Source: Camelus dromedarius
Taxonomy: Eukaryota
NCBI RefSeq assembly: GCF_036321535.1
Contig: NC_087438.1
Coordinates: forward strand, 372,001 to 436,000
Direction of reading: 5' to 3'
DNA length: 64,000 nucleotides
Shown piece after piece: positions 46,521-57,639 of this stretch. A model generated the notes under the pieces. It had not been told where the DNA came from. It saw only the letters and a list, made by a program, of their open reading frames with translations, and ran no database searches. The translations under genes and the position numbers were made by a program. The number at the start of each line of letters is the position of its first letter. Positions within the stretch are counted from its first letter, which is position 1.

Positions 46521-49500
46521 TGGCAAAGGCCAGCCTCAGCAGTGCGGGCCGGCTGGGTCCCAGGGCGGACCCTCCCAGGCAGCGTGGCTCAGTCATCACC
46601 ATGGGCGGGGAACCTGTCAGGCCCCACTGGTCGCTGGCCCTCCGCGGCCCTGGCCCATTTGTTTGTCCTGGGTCGTCAAAGACGCTCCTGTCTCTATTCA
46701 CGGACGCCCGGCCTGACTGCCAGCCCGGTGACCAGCCCAGAACACGCAGCCCTCGCGGGGCGCCGCGGCACCAGGCGCCACCAGTGTGAGTCACTCGGTG
46801 GGGGGGGGGGGGGAGACGGCCATGGGGCCTCCGTCAGAAGCCACATTCAGATCGAGGGGACATGTGGGCCCAGCACCCTGACCCACCCACTCCACCTAGC
46901 CAGCCCCGGTGTCCCCACATGTCCCTGCCATGACCACCAGGCAGGATCTCAGAGCCCAGTCCGGGCTGGCGGGGAGCTCTCACTCGGGGACCTGCCGCCT
47001 GCTGCTGAGAGCAGCGACTGGGAAGTTCGCGGGTGACAATGCCGATCTCTTCCCTGAGACACTCGGTCACTTCACACGGCTCTCTGGACACAGGGCGGTC
47101 CTGTTCTCCAGAGTCCACACAACTGGAGGGTGTGCCCTCACCAAACCCCCTCCTCTCTCAGCTCAGCGCCAGGGCAGCCAGCACCCTGCTCAGAAGGCTG
47201 CTGTTCTGCCCGAAAGCCAATCCCACAGTAACGGGGTCACCGGTCACACACGAGGCCGTGTGAGCAGTGCTTCCCAGGCCCCGTCCCCAGACCTCCAGGC
47301 CCAGCTCAGGGCAGGCGGGGTTGGGGCCAGCCACTCTGCAGGTCACCCGGGGACAGTGCAGGCAGCCAGGGGTGCCTGGGGCCCGGGTGGGGGGTCAGCA
47401 CAGCCCTCCAAGGACAGGCGCCTGTGCCTCCAGGGCCAACACCACAAAGGCCCCTGGACTTTGGCCGACACACCCCAGGCTGGAGCAAGGGCCCCGCTGG
47501 CCACCATAGATAACCTGCCACTTCGGCAGTCGGAGAGAGCTGACTCTCAGGTCCCCCAACCAGCAGAAGCTGGGACCCGGACAACCCATCCAGAGAGCAG
47601 GAAACAGTGTGGAAGGGGAGCCCCGGGCCAGCAGGGCTGAGGGTGGAGGCTGTGGGGAAGCCCAGCCTGGGGAACGTGCCTGCTGCCAGGCCTGGGAGCG
47701 GGCAGACACCAGCTTCTTGCTGCGCGGGCGCCCCTCCCTGGCCTTCCCCTACTAGCCCGGAGCCCCAGTGACAGCACTGCTGGGAGCCTGGAAAGAGGCC
47801 GCTCCCACTACAGGCCTGGCTGCCGATGGCCCGAGCCGTGATATGCAGCTGTGACGCTAGCATTCAGTGGCTCTGAGCAGGAAAGCACATCCTGAGCTCC
47901 CCGACCCCTGTGAGCCTCGGGCAGGCTGGGCCTTGGGGGCAGGTGCACCTGAGGTCAGCAAAACCGGCTCTGGGTGTTTGGGGGCGGTCACCCTCTTGTA
48001 CGACCCGCGTGTGCAGCGTCCAACATGGACATTGACGGGCATTTCCCGATTCCGGCCCCGGCCCTGGCCCCGGCACACACGCCGGGCGCCACCCCACCTC
48101 CCCAAGAAGGACACTGAGACCCAATCCAGCAGTAGAAGCTGGGATCAGGGTCCAAGGGTCCACACACCGCTGCCTTCCCAGTCTGGCACCGGGCACCCAG
48201 CAGGTGCCGCCCCAGGCTCCAGGCTGTGGAGACGCATGTCCCACTGGCATGTCTGGGATGACACATGACACAGAGCCCTGCCCACCCCACCTGCCACCCA
48301 CAGTCGCTCAGGCGGGGCGTCTCCTGTGTGGTGGGTGGTGTCGGCTCCAGGCCTGGGTCTCTGCTGACATCCGAGCTCCCTGCTGCAGCCGTGCCCACCC
48401 CGAGGCCTGTGTGTCACGAGGGAGCAGCGTCCCCAATGGCCTGCATCCTCCTAACCTGCAACCCGGAGGTGGCTGCCGTTCACTCAGCTCCCAGAGAGCC
48501 GGCAGGTGCACGGCCAGGAAAGGCCGCCTTTGCCCCCGTCAGAGTGACACTCCTGCTGGTGGGAACAGAGTCTGAGTAATTAGTGTTTCGGGCCGGGAGG
48601 CGGGGCGGACGGGGAGCGCCTGTCCTGGAAACAATAGTCTTCAACAAGGCCTCGGGCAGAGCGGCTAGAATTTGTTTAGAACTTCACACATGGTAACATC
48701 AAAACAAGCAAGCGCTGCCCTGACGACGGCCAAACAAAGGCTGCAGACACCGGGCGGGCGGGCGGCAGGGCCGCGGAGCCACGGCAACCGCACCAAACAA
48801 AACAGCTGCCCTAGTCCGTGCTCCACAGTGCCGCGCTGCTGCCGGGGCTGCCACGTGGAGCAACCAGGGTCCCAGGCCCCACCACCCACCACCGGCCTCA
48901 GACCTGGCCCCCCAGGGGACCCCAGCCAGGGCCCAGCCCCCCGTGGCCCCACTCCTGAGGACAAGGGCGTGCATGCAGGTCCCTCACTCTCGCACACCTG
49001 GAAGGGCTGGGTACCCTCCCCGCAGACAGGGCTCTCCCAGGCGGGACACAAGGTCACAGGGCCCCCACAGGCAGTCCAGGCTGCAGGAGGGCAGCAGGGA
49101 AGTAGCCACGACCCCTCGCTGGACTGGGGCTGCAGATGCCCGCTTCCCCAGATGGTGTCCATGCGGTGAGCTGAGGCAGATGCCGGGGGTCCAGAGCAGT
49201 CCAGGGCTCTGCAGCTTGGAGCCCCTTGTGCCTCAGAGTCCAGAGCCAAGCCTCCAGCCTTAAACGTCCACCTTCTGGAGCAGGGCCTGGGCCAGACAGG
49301 GCCCCCCTCCCCATGCCCAGTCATGGGGTGCCAGCACCCCCCGGGTCCCTCCACTGCCCGTGACTCCTGCACACGGGGTCTCCGGGGCCTGACCAGAACG
49401 TCCATCCTCTGGACGAGCCGCGACCAAGGGTGTGGAGACGTGAGATCTGCATGTGCGCACACGTGAGTGCACGTGTCTGGACGTATCGTGTTCCCAGCAA

Positions 49501-49859
49501 CAAGGGCCTGGCGTCAAGTGGGCTTTCTCGGGTGTGGTCACAGGTGTGGACGGCACGCGAGAGCGCCTGGCGTGCTCCCAGGAGAGGCTGAGCGCGGACA
49601 AGCACCCACGCGTGCCACTGAGTCTCCAGGGAGCCAGTGGAGCCCAGGTTGCCACCCTCGCTCTTCCCCCAAGGCTGAGCGAGCGCACAGTGGGTCGGGC
49701 TCCCGGCTGCGCCCCAGGCACCCCGCCTCTCAGAGCTGCCCCCCAGCACCCGATGGGCCCCCGCCCCGCTCTGGCGTTTCCTGGTTCAGACTCCCTCCTG
49801 GCACCTTCTTCCGAGGGGCTGCGGAGCCCTGCGGCCCCGCGCAGCTGGCGCACGCTTAC

Positions 49860-50176
49860 TTGATCTTGCTGAAGACGATGTCCACGTCGGTGACGGTGAC
49901 ACTCCTGCCGTCGATCACCTGGCAGTCCCTGCACAGCTTGGTCCAGTTCTTGCCGTGCATCTCCCTCCCGCTGGCCCTGGTGTCCCCGTGCACCGCGAAC
50001 CTCCGGAAGGCCTCCTCCAGGGCGCTGAGCTCCGGGCCCGCAGCGGCCGCCCCCTCACCAGCACCCTCTGACTCCAGCGACAGCCTCTTGGCCGCCTTGT
50101 CCTTGGCAGGGTCCCCTGGGGACTTGGGGGGCGTCTTGTTGGCGGGCTTGGCGGGCCTGGGCTTGCCGTCAGCCAT
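49860..50176 (-). CDS. TPPP: TPPP exon 2, first coding exon ([38 protein letters not shown]...[34 protein letters not shown])
   Basis: ttcctcccag|CAGGATGG; [28 protein letters not shown] and [10 protein letters not shown] hallmarks; AA|gtaagc donor; total CDS 317+154+195=666 nt, 221 aa. Confidence 0.98.
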
Positions 50177-53100
50177 CCTGCTGGGAGGAAGGGACAAGCG
50201 GTCACCCTCTGCAGCAGCTGCCCAAGGCCCCCCGCTACCACTTGTGGACAGGAGGCCACCAGCGCATGTCACAGCAGAGCCCTCGGGCCCCACGGGGGCA
50301 GAGCAACTGCAGGACCGCGGGCTGGTGAGCATCCACCTGCTCTGGACACACGTGGCCCTCCAGCGCCAGCGTCCCCTAAGTCAGAGCCTCAGCCACGGGG
50401 CTCGGGGCCCCTCTCTGGTGCTGCCCGGGCACTCCTGCCCTGGGGACTCCCCAGGTGACACCCTTCCAGGCATCCATGGGGTGACACTGTCCTCAGGGAG
50501 GGGACCCAGAACAGGTCACACCGCTGTCCCCCGCTCGAGGGCGGAGCCTGCTGACCAGGGCGCCCCCACCCGGACGGCCAAGCTGGGTGCTGATGGGAGA
50601 GAGAGGCCCCAGGCATGGGTGGGGGTCTGTGCAGACCCTGAAGGCTGAGCGCAGCTGTGCCCCAGGCCCAGGGTGGGGGCCTCAGGCCGCGGGGGAGGCT
50701 GACATGGGGCCCTCAAGTTGGGAGCTCAGTGAAACCCCAAAGCTGGGTCCCCGTGGGGCTGAGGAGACAGAAACCATCCACCCTGGCAGATTTGGGGAGC
50801 CCAGGCTGAGCACCGTGCCCACAGAGTCGCGGCTGGTGGCCGGGGCAGGACCCTGAGAGCCTGACTCACAGGGAGCAGGGGCCTCACTGAGAACCACTGT
50901 GGGGTCAGTGGGAGGAGAGACGCAGACCGGCACAAGCTCAGGGCCAGGCTGGGACAGCTTCCCTGGAAGCCCTCAGGTCCAAGTCAGGGTAGAGGAAGCA
51001 GGGGGTCCGGAGGGCCGTGCCGGTCGTAGCGCCCACAAGTCCCCCAGCAGTCAGACAGATGACCGTCCACAGGGCCAGGGCGCCTGCTGCTCCCCTCCTC
51101 GAGGGCGGGGCAGGCGAGGAGCAGGGCCGTGAGAAAGTCACCCCAGAACCGCCAGGGCTCCTCTCGTCCCCAGGGCGGTGCCGTCACTCAGGGGGCACGC
51201 CCGCCAGGTCGCAGAGTGCTCTCCAGGGACAGTCACCAAGGCCACCAGCGCCTTGGGTGTCGCCGGAACTGCTCAGGTGTTATCTCGGCTCCATTTCTCT
51301 GAAACCAGAGCTGCTGTGGGACTGGCCCTGAGTTCACCTCGGGCATCGGCGCCCGACGCCCAAGTCGCAGATGCTGCTGGGAAATCACTGGAAGCAGTAG
51401 TGGCTGGTGAGCACGGCACACGGCTGGTGAGGACCACTTTCTGAGCCTCAGATTCGGGGGTCCTCCCATCAGGACGGTGGAGCAGGAGCAGCAGAGGCCG
51501 AGAGGCGGGTGCAGGTCAGCTGGGTGGCAGGGAGCTCTGCCCACGATGTCCTCGACTACGCAGATCCTACAAGTGCCGACAGTTAGGACGCAGGGGTCCA
51601 GGCCGAGCCTGCGCTCGGGGCGCCCACGGGTCACCTGAGCACCTGGGCGCCAGGGCCCCTGAGAAGAAGGAAGAGAGGGGGCCGCGGGGGACCCCACAAG
51701 TGCTTGCGCACCCACAGCCCCCGCTCAGGATGCCCCCAGCTGACAACCCGTGCTCCACGCACAGTTCTAACATGCTTGGCCATCAGCCTCCACCGTAAAC
51801 AAAGTCAGAAAGACTCAAAGATACCACAAGTTACCCATCCAACACGGAGCTGGCCTCCTGCTTGGGCACAGGTGATAAATAAGCCAGTAAACAAATGGGT
51901 CGGATCGGAAGTGCTCGGAGCAGAAACTCAGGCGGATGAGATCATCTCAGAGGAGGGGGCCGTGGGCCAGGATCTTGGCGATGCCAGGGTCTTGGCCGGA
52001 GGTGGGGGGGCAGCACGGAACCACACGGGGTTCACGAGGTGGAGGAGCAGAATCCCCCCAGCCCCAGCCGGGCTCGGCCACTCAGAACCTGCACCCCAGG
52101 AGCTGCGGCCTCGGCGCTGACCTGGGCTGCGGGTGGGGCTCCACTTAGGAGTCGCGGGGCGTTGCTTTCAGCACAGCTGAGCTCCTGTCCTGGGGCCCTC
52201 ACCTCCACTGTCAACAGGTGCTACCTTAGCACAACACACTGAATTCTTTTAACAAAAACAGCAGGAGTGAGACCCTACGTCCAAGGTCACTCTCGTCCAG
52301 GGAAGAGCAGGAGGCGGGTGAGCAGCGAAAGAGGCCCCACACCCGAGCCTCCGCTCTCCGCCCTCCTGCTTCCCACGCCTGAGCTGCTTCACTGAACCCC
52401 TGTGCTGTTTCTGTGATGACAGAATAAGCTTAACTGTGAAAGAAATGGGGACTCAGCCAGAGGTTTCTGGGATACGCAGGTGCCCAGAGAGACCCTTCCT
52501 CACTGACGTTGGCCTGCTGGGCCCTCCCTCCCAGCTGCCCCTCCGTCTGACTCCTCCCTGGGGAGGCAGCACCCCCCGCCACGTTCCTGCCCCCACAGGT
52601 TTGGGGGAAACTCGGGGCGGGCTTGCTCTTGCCCCCCTTCCCACCTGCGCTGCCCCACTTTTGTCAGGAGAAATAAAGTCACTTAGTAGAAGAGGCTGCC
52701 AGAGAGACAAAATGCCAGCCCGCCAGGGGCAGTGTTAAAGGGAGGGCCTCCCAGGTGTGGGCTGTGTGCCCTGCACCCCGGGTCTGTGCCCTGCACCAGG
52801 TGTCATTCTGGCGGCTGCAGGCACAGTGGCCTGGATGCCCAGCTCCCTCACTGTGAGGGTTGTCGGCAGCCTGGGGAGGCCCCAACAGACTAAATTCACG
52901 TTCCAGTTTTCAACACCCAGGTTCCCAGACAAAAACCCAGTCTCTCTCCTGGCCCTCACCCACCTGCTTCCCTGCACAGACCGCGGACTCCTGGGTGTGT
53001 GCCTATATGGGAGGGAGGAGGAGGGGCACAGAGGGCGAGGACCCCAGCATGAGGAGGTGGCCAGAGGCCCGGGACGGGCCTGTGAAATGCAGGCGCCAGC

Positions 53101-53700
53101 CCAGCAGCAGACAGGGGAAGGGGCACCTGCTCTCCGGGCAGGAGGGATGAGCAGGAGAGCGGGTGGACAGACCTGTGAGGTGAGGGGGCCGGCGCAGAGT
53201 GCCGCTGGCCAGGTCCTGCTGAGGCACAGCAACCCCAGGGCTCAGGAGGAGAGGCCTGATGAAGTGCTCACAGTGGGTGTATTACTGGATTCGCATTTTC
53301 AAAGGAGGCTTGGAGAGGCCAGGGCAGGCCTTGAGGGGGAGTGACAGACCACAGAGCTCCAGGAGCTGCAGGACCTGCGGGCCTAGGGAGCCTGGTCCAC
53401 AAGTGTCCATCAGGCCCCAGGGACCGTCCTACCCGGGGGCGGGGCTGTCTCAGATGCCACGTGGTCCCCCCGCCCACCTCTCCCTCATGGGCTGCCTATG
53501 CTCCAAAGAGGCACCAGGGTGAGGCCTGTATCAGAATGACTCTCCTGGGCAAGGCCCTTAAGACTTGACTACCTAAAGCCAAACCTATAGAAAAGGTTAC
53601 CCAGAACAGACCCTACACATCACGGTCACAGCTTCTGCATACACACCAGCACCCTTCCCCCAGAGAGGCCGGAAACCCATGGTAGTGACGTGCTTGCAAC

Positions 53701-54061
53701 AGGGCCAGGTGTGTCGGTGAGCAGGGCCAGGTGTGTCTGTGAGCCGGGCCAGGTGTGTCTGTGAGCCGGGCCAGGTGTGTCGGTGAGCAGGGCCAGGTGT
53801 GTCTGTGAGCCGGGCCAGGTGTGTCTGTGAGCCGGGCCAGGTGTGTCTGTGAGCCGGGCCAGGTGTGTCGGTGAGCAGGGCCAGGTGTGTCTGTGAGCAG
53901 GGCCAGGTGTGTCGGTGAGCAGGGCCAGGTGTGTCTGTGAGCCGGGCCAGGTGTGTCTGTGAGCCGGGCCAGGTGTCTCTGAGCCGGGCCAGGTGTGTCG
54001 GTGAGCCGGGCCAGGTGTGTCTGAGCCGGGCCAGGTGTGTCGGTGAGCTGGGCCAGGTGTG
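53701..54061. repeat. Minisatellite/VNTR, 22-bp unit (a/c)GGGCCAGGTGTGTC(g/t)GTGAGC, ~16.5 copies, in TPPP intron 1
   Basis: Fourteen 22-nt units, two 20-nt units and a partial 17th, read directly from the sequence. Confidence 0.98.
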
Positions 54062-56107
54062 GTATTAAAGGCAACAACAGCTTCTCCCAGTTCCACTTCC
54101 TGGAGCAGAATGTGGGTCTGCCCTGAAAGTAAAGATGGAATGTTTTCCTCCTTCCACAGGTGTAAATGCCCCTCCACTTCCTGGCTCCCGCAAACCAGCT
54201 CTCAGCACCTCGCTCCCAGTGTCCACACAGCCCCCTCACCCTGCCCATAATCTACACTCACCTGTGGGCACTTCTGTAATCCGACCAGGCCAGTGGGGCC
54301 CAGCTCCTTGTCCCTTGGGAAGCAGATGCCTTCCAGTTCCCAAGGCCCCTCCATCCCCCAGCCCTCTCACCTCTCCTGTGTCCTCTGTTGCCTCTGCCCG
54401 CAGCTGCTGGATGTTACCAGACAGATCCACACACGGCCCTCCCAGGCAGGGCTGGGCACATTCGGACGGCCCAGCCTCACTGGAGGGGGCCTGGCTAAGC
54501 TGCGCGAGCACTTGGGTGGGGGGTTAAGGATGGTGTCAGATGTGGCAGGATGAGTGTGTCTGGGCCGGGACCAGAGCAGGGAACCCTCTCCAGCCCTACC
54601 ACACCACCTCCCCGGGCGCTGTGAGACCCTCCTCCTGCCCCCGCCTCCAGGGAGCCCCTCTGGGAAACACCAGCTGAACCAGCCTCTCTCCCCGTGTGCA
54701 GAGGAGGAGCAGGTGTGGGGCCTACAAGCCCCAGGGCAGCCCAGCCTCTGAGATGCGCTGTCAGGGCTTGGTCCCAGGACAGGGGCACAGGGAGGGGGCT
54801 GGAGGAACTGTGGAACAGCCCCAAATAAACCCCCCACGGAGGAGGGGGCGCCTGGTCAGCTGGTCCAGGGACACCCCGCCCTACCCCGACCCTTGCGAGG
54901 CCCTTCAGGTGCACGCATTGGCCCCACACCTGGTCCTCTGCAGGGACAGTGACTGCAAAGACCAAGTGGCTGGAAGCCCGGGGGATGGACGCAGACTGCC
55001 AGCTTGCTTCCCTGCTCCCCTCCGTCCACAGGGCTCAGGCCCCCAGTGCCTCGGGCTGGCCTCACCCCCGGGGCTGCCCTTGCCGAGGGCACAGCCTCCT
55101 CGTAAATGGCCCTAGGGGAACCAGGGCGTCCCAGGCCCATAGCCCTGCCTGTCACCCGCCCCGCACCACCAGCTCTTCGTGTCAGTCTTTGGACTACAAG
55201 GCAGCCCTCTGGCAATTGTGCACATCTCAGTCACAACACGGCCACCCACTCCATTGCTGCCCCACACTCGATGTGAATGACCACTCATCCCAGGCAGCGA
55301 GGGCCTCCCGGGCAGGCACAAAGCAGCCTCTCTGAATGCGGAGCACAGGCGGTCTCAGGAGTCCATCCGGCGTGGACATGGCCCTGCCACCCCCAGCACC
55401 TCCATTCACAGTCCCTGTGGAGATCCCGACAGGATGGGCCGGCCGCGCTGTCTGAGCCGGATGCCACTCAGGTGCTGGCCACGCAGCTTCAGACCACTGG
55501 CCGGGAAGGGCCCACAGAGTTGGGACCTCCTGCCCCTCAGAGCAGCCTGAGAACCACAATTACAGCCACACGGTTCCCTGTTCCCGGGGCAAAGCCGGCA
55601 TCTTCCCGAGGCTCCCCCTACACCTGCAGGCAGGCCATGGCCCATCCTCCATCCTGTGTTGTCCTGGGAGCTGCCCTGGGACATGGCTGGGCAGGTGGGG
55701 GAGGGGATCAGGACATGGTGGGAGGTGGTGGGGAGAACAAAGGACAGTTTTTCGATCCTCAAAAGATGGCCTAACCTAGGAGCCTTTCCAGTAAAGGAAA
55801 GTGGGGAAGGGGCTGGGGGTTAGGGTGTCTCCAACTGCAGCCACAGGGCCCCCAGGGTCGTCATCCCCGCCCCTCAGGAGAACTGGTTCCTGTTCAACAG
55901 CAGGAACATCTCTGGGCCACCACAAAGCTGAGAGTTCTGGGGGGACTCACTCTGCTAAGATGCTTGGCCTCCCATGAGCCACATCTTGGGCCCCAGTCCC
56001 CCGGCCACAGAGCCGGCCTCTACTGTCTGTCAGCGCCTTCCTTACCAACCCCGTGAACACAGCAGTGCGGCCAACCTGGGGGTCACGTGGGCCCACACAG
56101 GGGCAAG

Positions 56108-56520
56108 AGTAGTGGGTGAATGGTGGCCCTGGACTAGGTGTGCTCATGCCCTCAGCCCTGAGCCTGTGGACGTGACCTTGTCTGGAAGAAAGGTCTTTGC
56201 TGCGTCATCAAGTTAAGGACTTCGGGATGGGACCGCTCCAGATGAGGGTGACCCTAAATCCAACAGTGACCTTGCAAGAGGAGACACAGAGGAGAAGACA
56301 CGTGAAGACAGAGGCAGAGGTTGGAGGGAGGCGGCCACGAGCTCAGGGGCGCCTGGAGCACCAGGAGCTGGACGAGGCAGGAAGGACCCAGCCTAGAGCC
56401 CAGGGAGGGAGTGGCCCAGCCACACCTGGATCTCAGACTTCCAGCCCTAGAACTGGGAGAGGATGAATTCTGTTGTTTTAAGCCAACATTCTATGGTCCT
56501 TTGTCACAGTAGCCCCAGGA
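56108..56520 (+). mobile_element. MLT1 (ERVL-MaLR) solo LTR
   Basis: gggtgaatggtggccc...gtgaccttgtctggaagaaaggtctttgc...aagttaaggac...gaagacagaggcagaggttggag...cagacttccagccctagaact...ttctgttgttttaagcca. Confidence 0.88.
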
Positions 56521-57639
56521 CCCTCCCACAGCAGGGAAACCAGAAGGGGTCCCTCCCCCAGAGAAGAGAGCTCCAGAGGCAGATGAGTGGAGCCCTGGGA
56601 GGTGGCACAGAGCCTGGAGGGAGGCCGGGCAGGGGTCTAGGCGGGTGGGTTCCAGAGGCCCCAGAGGAGAGGCTTTCAGGAGGGACCTGCCCCCAAGATG
56701 CCCATTGTGGCCTCCGGTTGGAGTGTCTCTACCAGGACACCGAGACTCTCAACAGGAAATCCGTTAATTCGAGAAGTTAAGCTGCACGTGGGTGCCCGTG
56801 GCCTCTTCCGGACCGAGGGTGCCCAGCCGCTGCTGCGGGTCTGCACAGCCAGGTTCTGGGGCAGCTGTAGGGCTCTGCTCCCAGGCCCAGACGCTGCCCG
56901 AGACCAAACGGACAGAAACAGCCACCGAGGGCCAGCCCCAAGCCTCCCGGACAACAGGGAGTCCGCTCATAGCTGCGGCCGGACCTGGGAGGCTGCCCGG
57001 CTGCCCACAGGAACATGGAGGCAGAGGCGCTGCGGAGAAGGGCGGCACCTCCCTGACCTTGGACGCCGCCAACCAGGTCTGACCAGCCTGCAGGTGAGGG
57101 GACAGCATCCACCTTCAGGCCTCAAAGCTCCTCCTGCCCCGAGCAGCCCACGAGGGGACAGGCAGACACAGGCAGGACGTGCAAACACCGTCAGTGAGGG
57201 GCAGGTGTGGAGGGCATGGGAAACAGCCCCCAGACCAACGAGGAGGCTCTCTGGCCTCCCAGGGTGCAGGCCAGCCCAACACCCCTGGGGAGAGGGGACC
57301 CTGGACAGCCCAGCCCTGCTCGCGGGCAAGGACAAGGGCTACGGGGCCCTACGGGCTGAGCCTGCTGGATGGCTGTCCCTGAAGGGCCACCATGTGGGTG
57401 AGGGTGGGGACAGGTCAGATCCACTCCTCTGAACCCACAACTTGGATTCAGGGGACCTGGACCGTTGGAGCCCCAAACACGGCAGGACACACACACACAC
57501 TCCAGCGGAAGAGCTTGCTCCTGGAAACAGAAAACACTGCTATGAACTTCTTCTGATAACAGCATCTACACATGATAAAAAAATAACCAGGCCTGGGGGG
57601 GGGGCAGGGAGCACCAGGAACTCGCAGAGACCTCGGGAG

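Noticed and set aside
49467-50648. 393-aa plus-strand ORF antisense to TPPP exon 2
   Set aside because: Shadow ORF of a GC3-rich exon plus GC-rich flanks; no protein features.
53613-54248. 211-aa and 183-aa repetitive ORFs, and a possible CRISPR-like array
   Set aside because: Both ORFs come from the 22-bp VNTR, whose minus strand lacks stop triplets. The units are directly adjacent with no unique spacers, there are no cas genes, and the DNA is mammalian.
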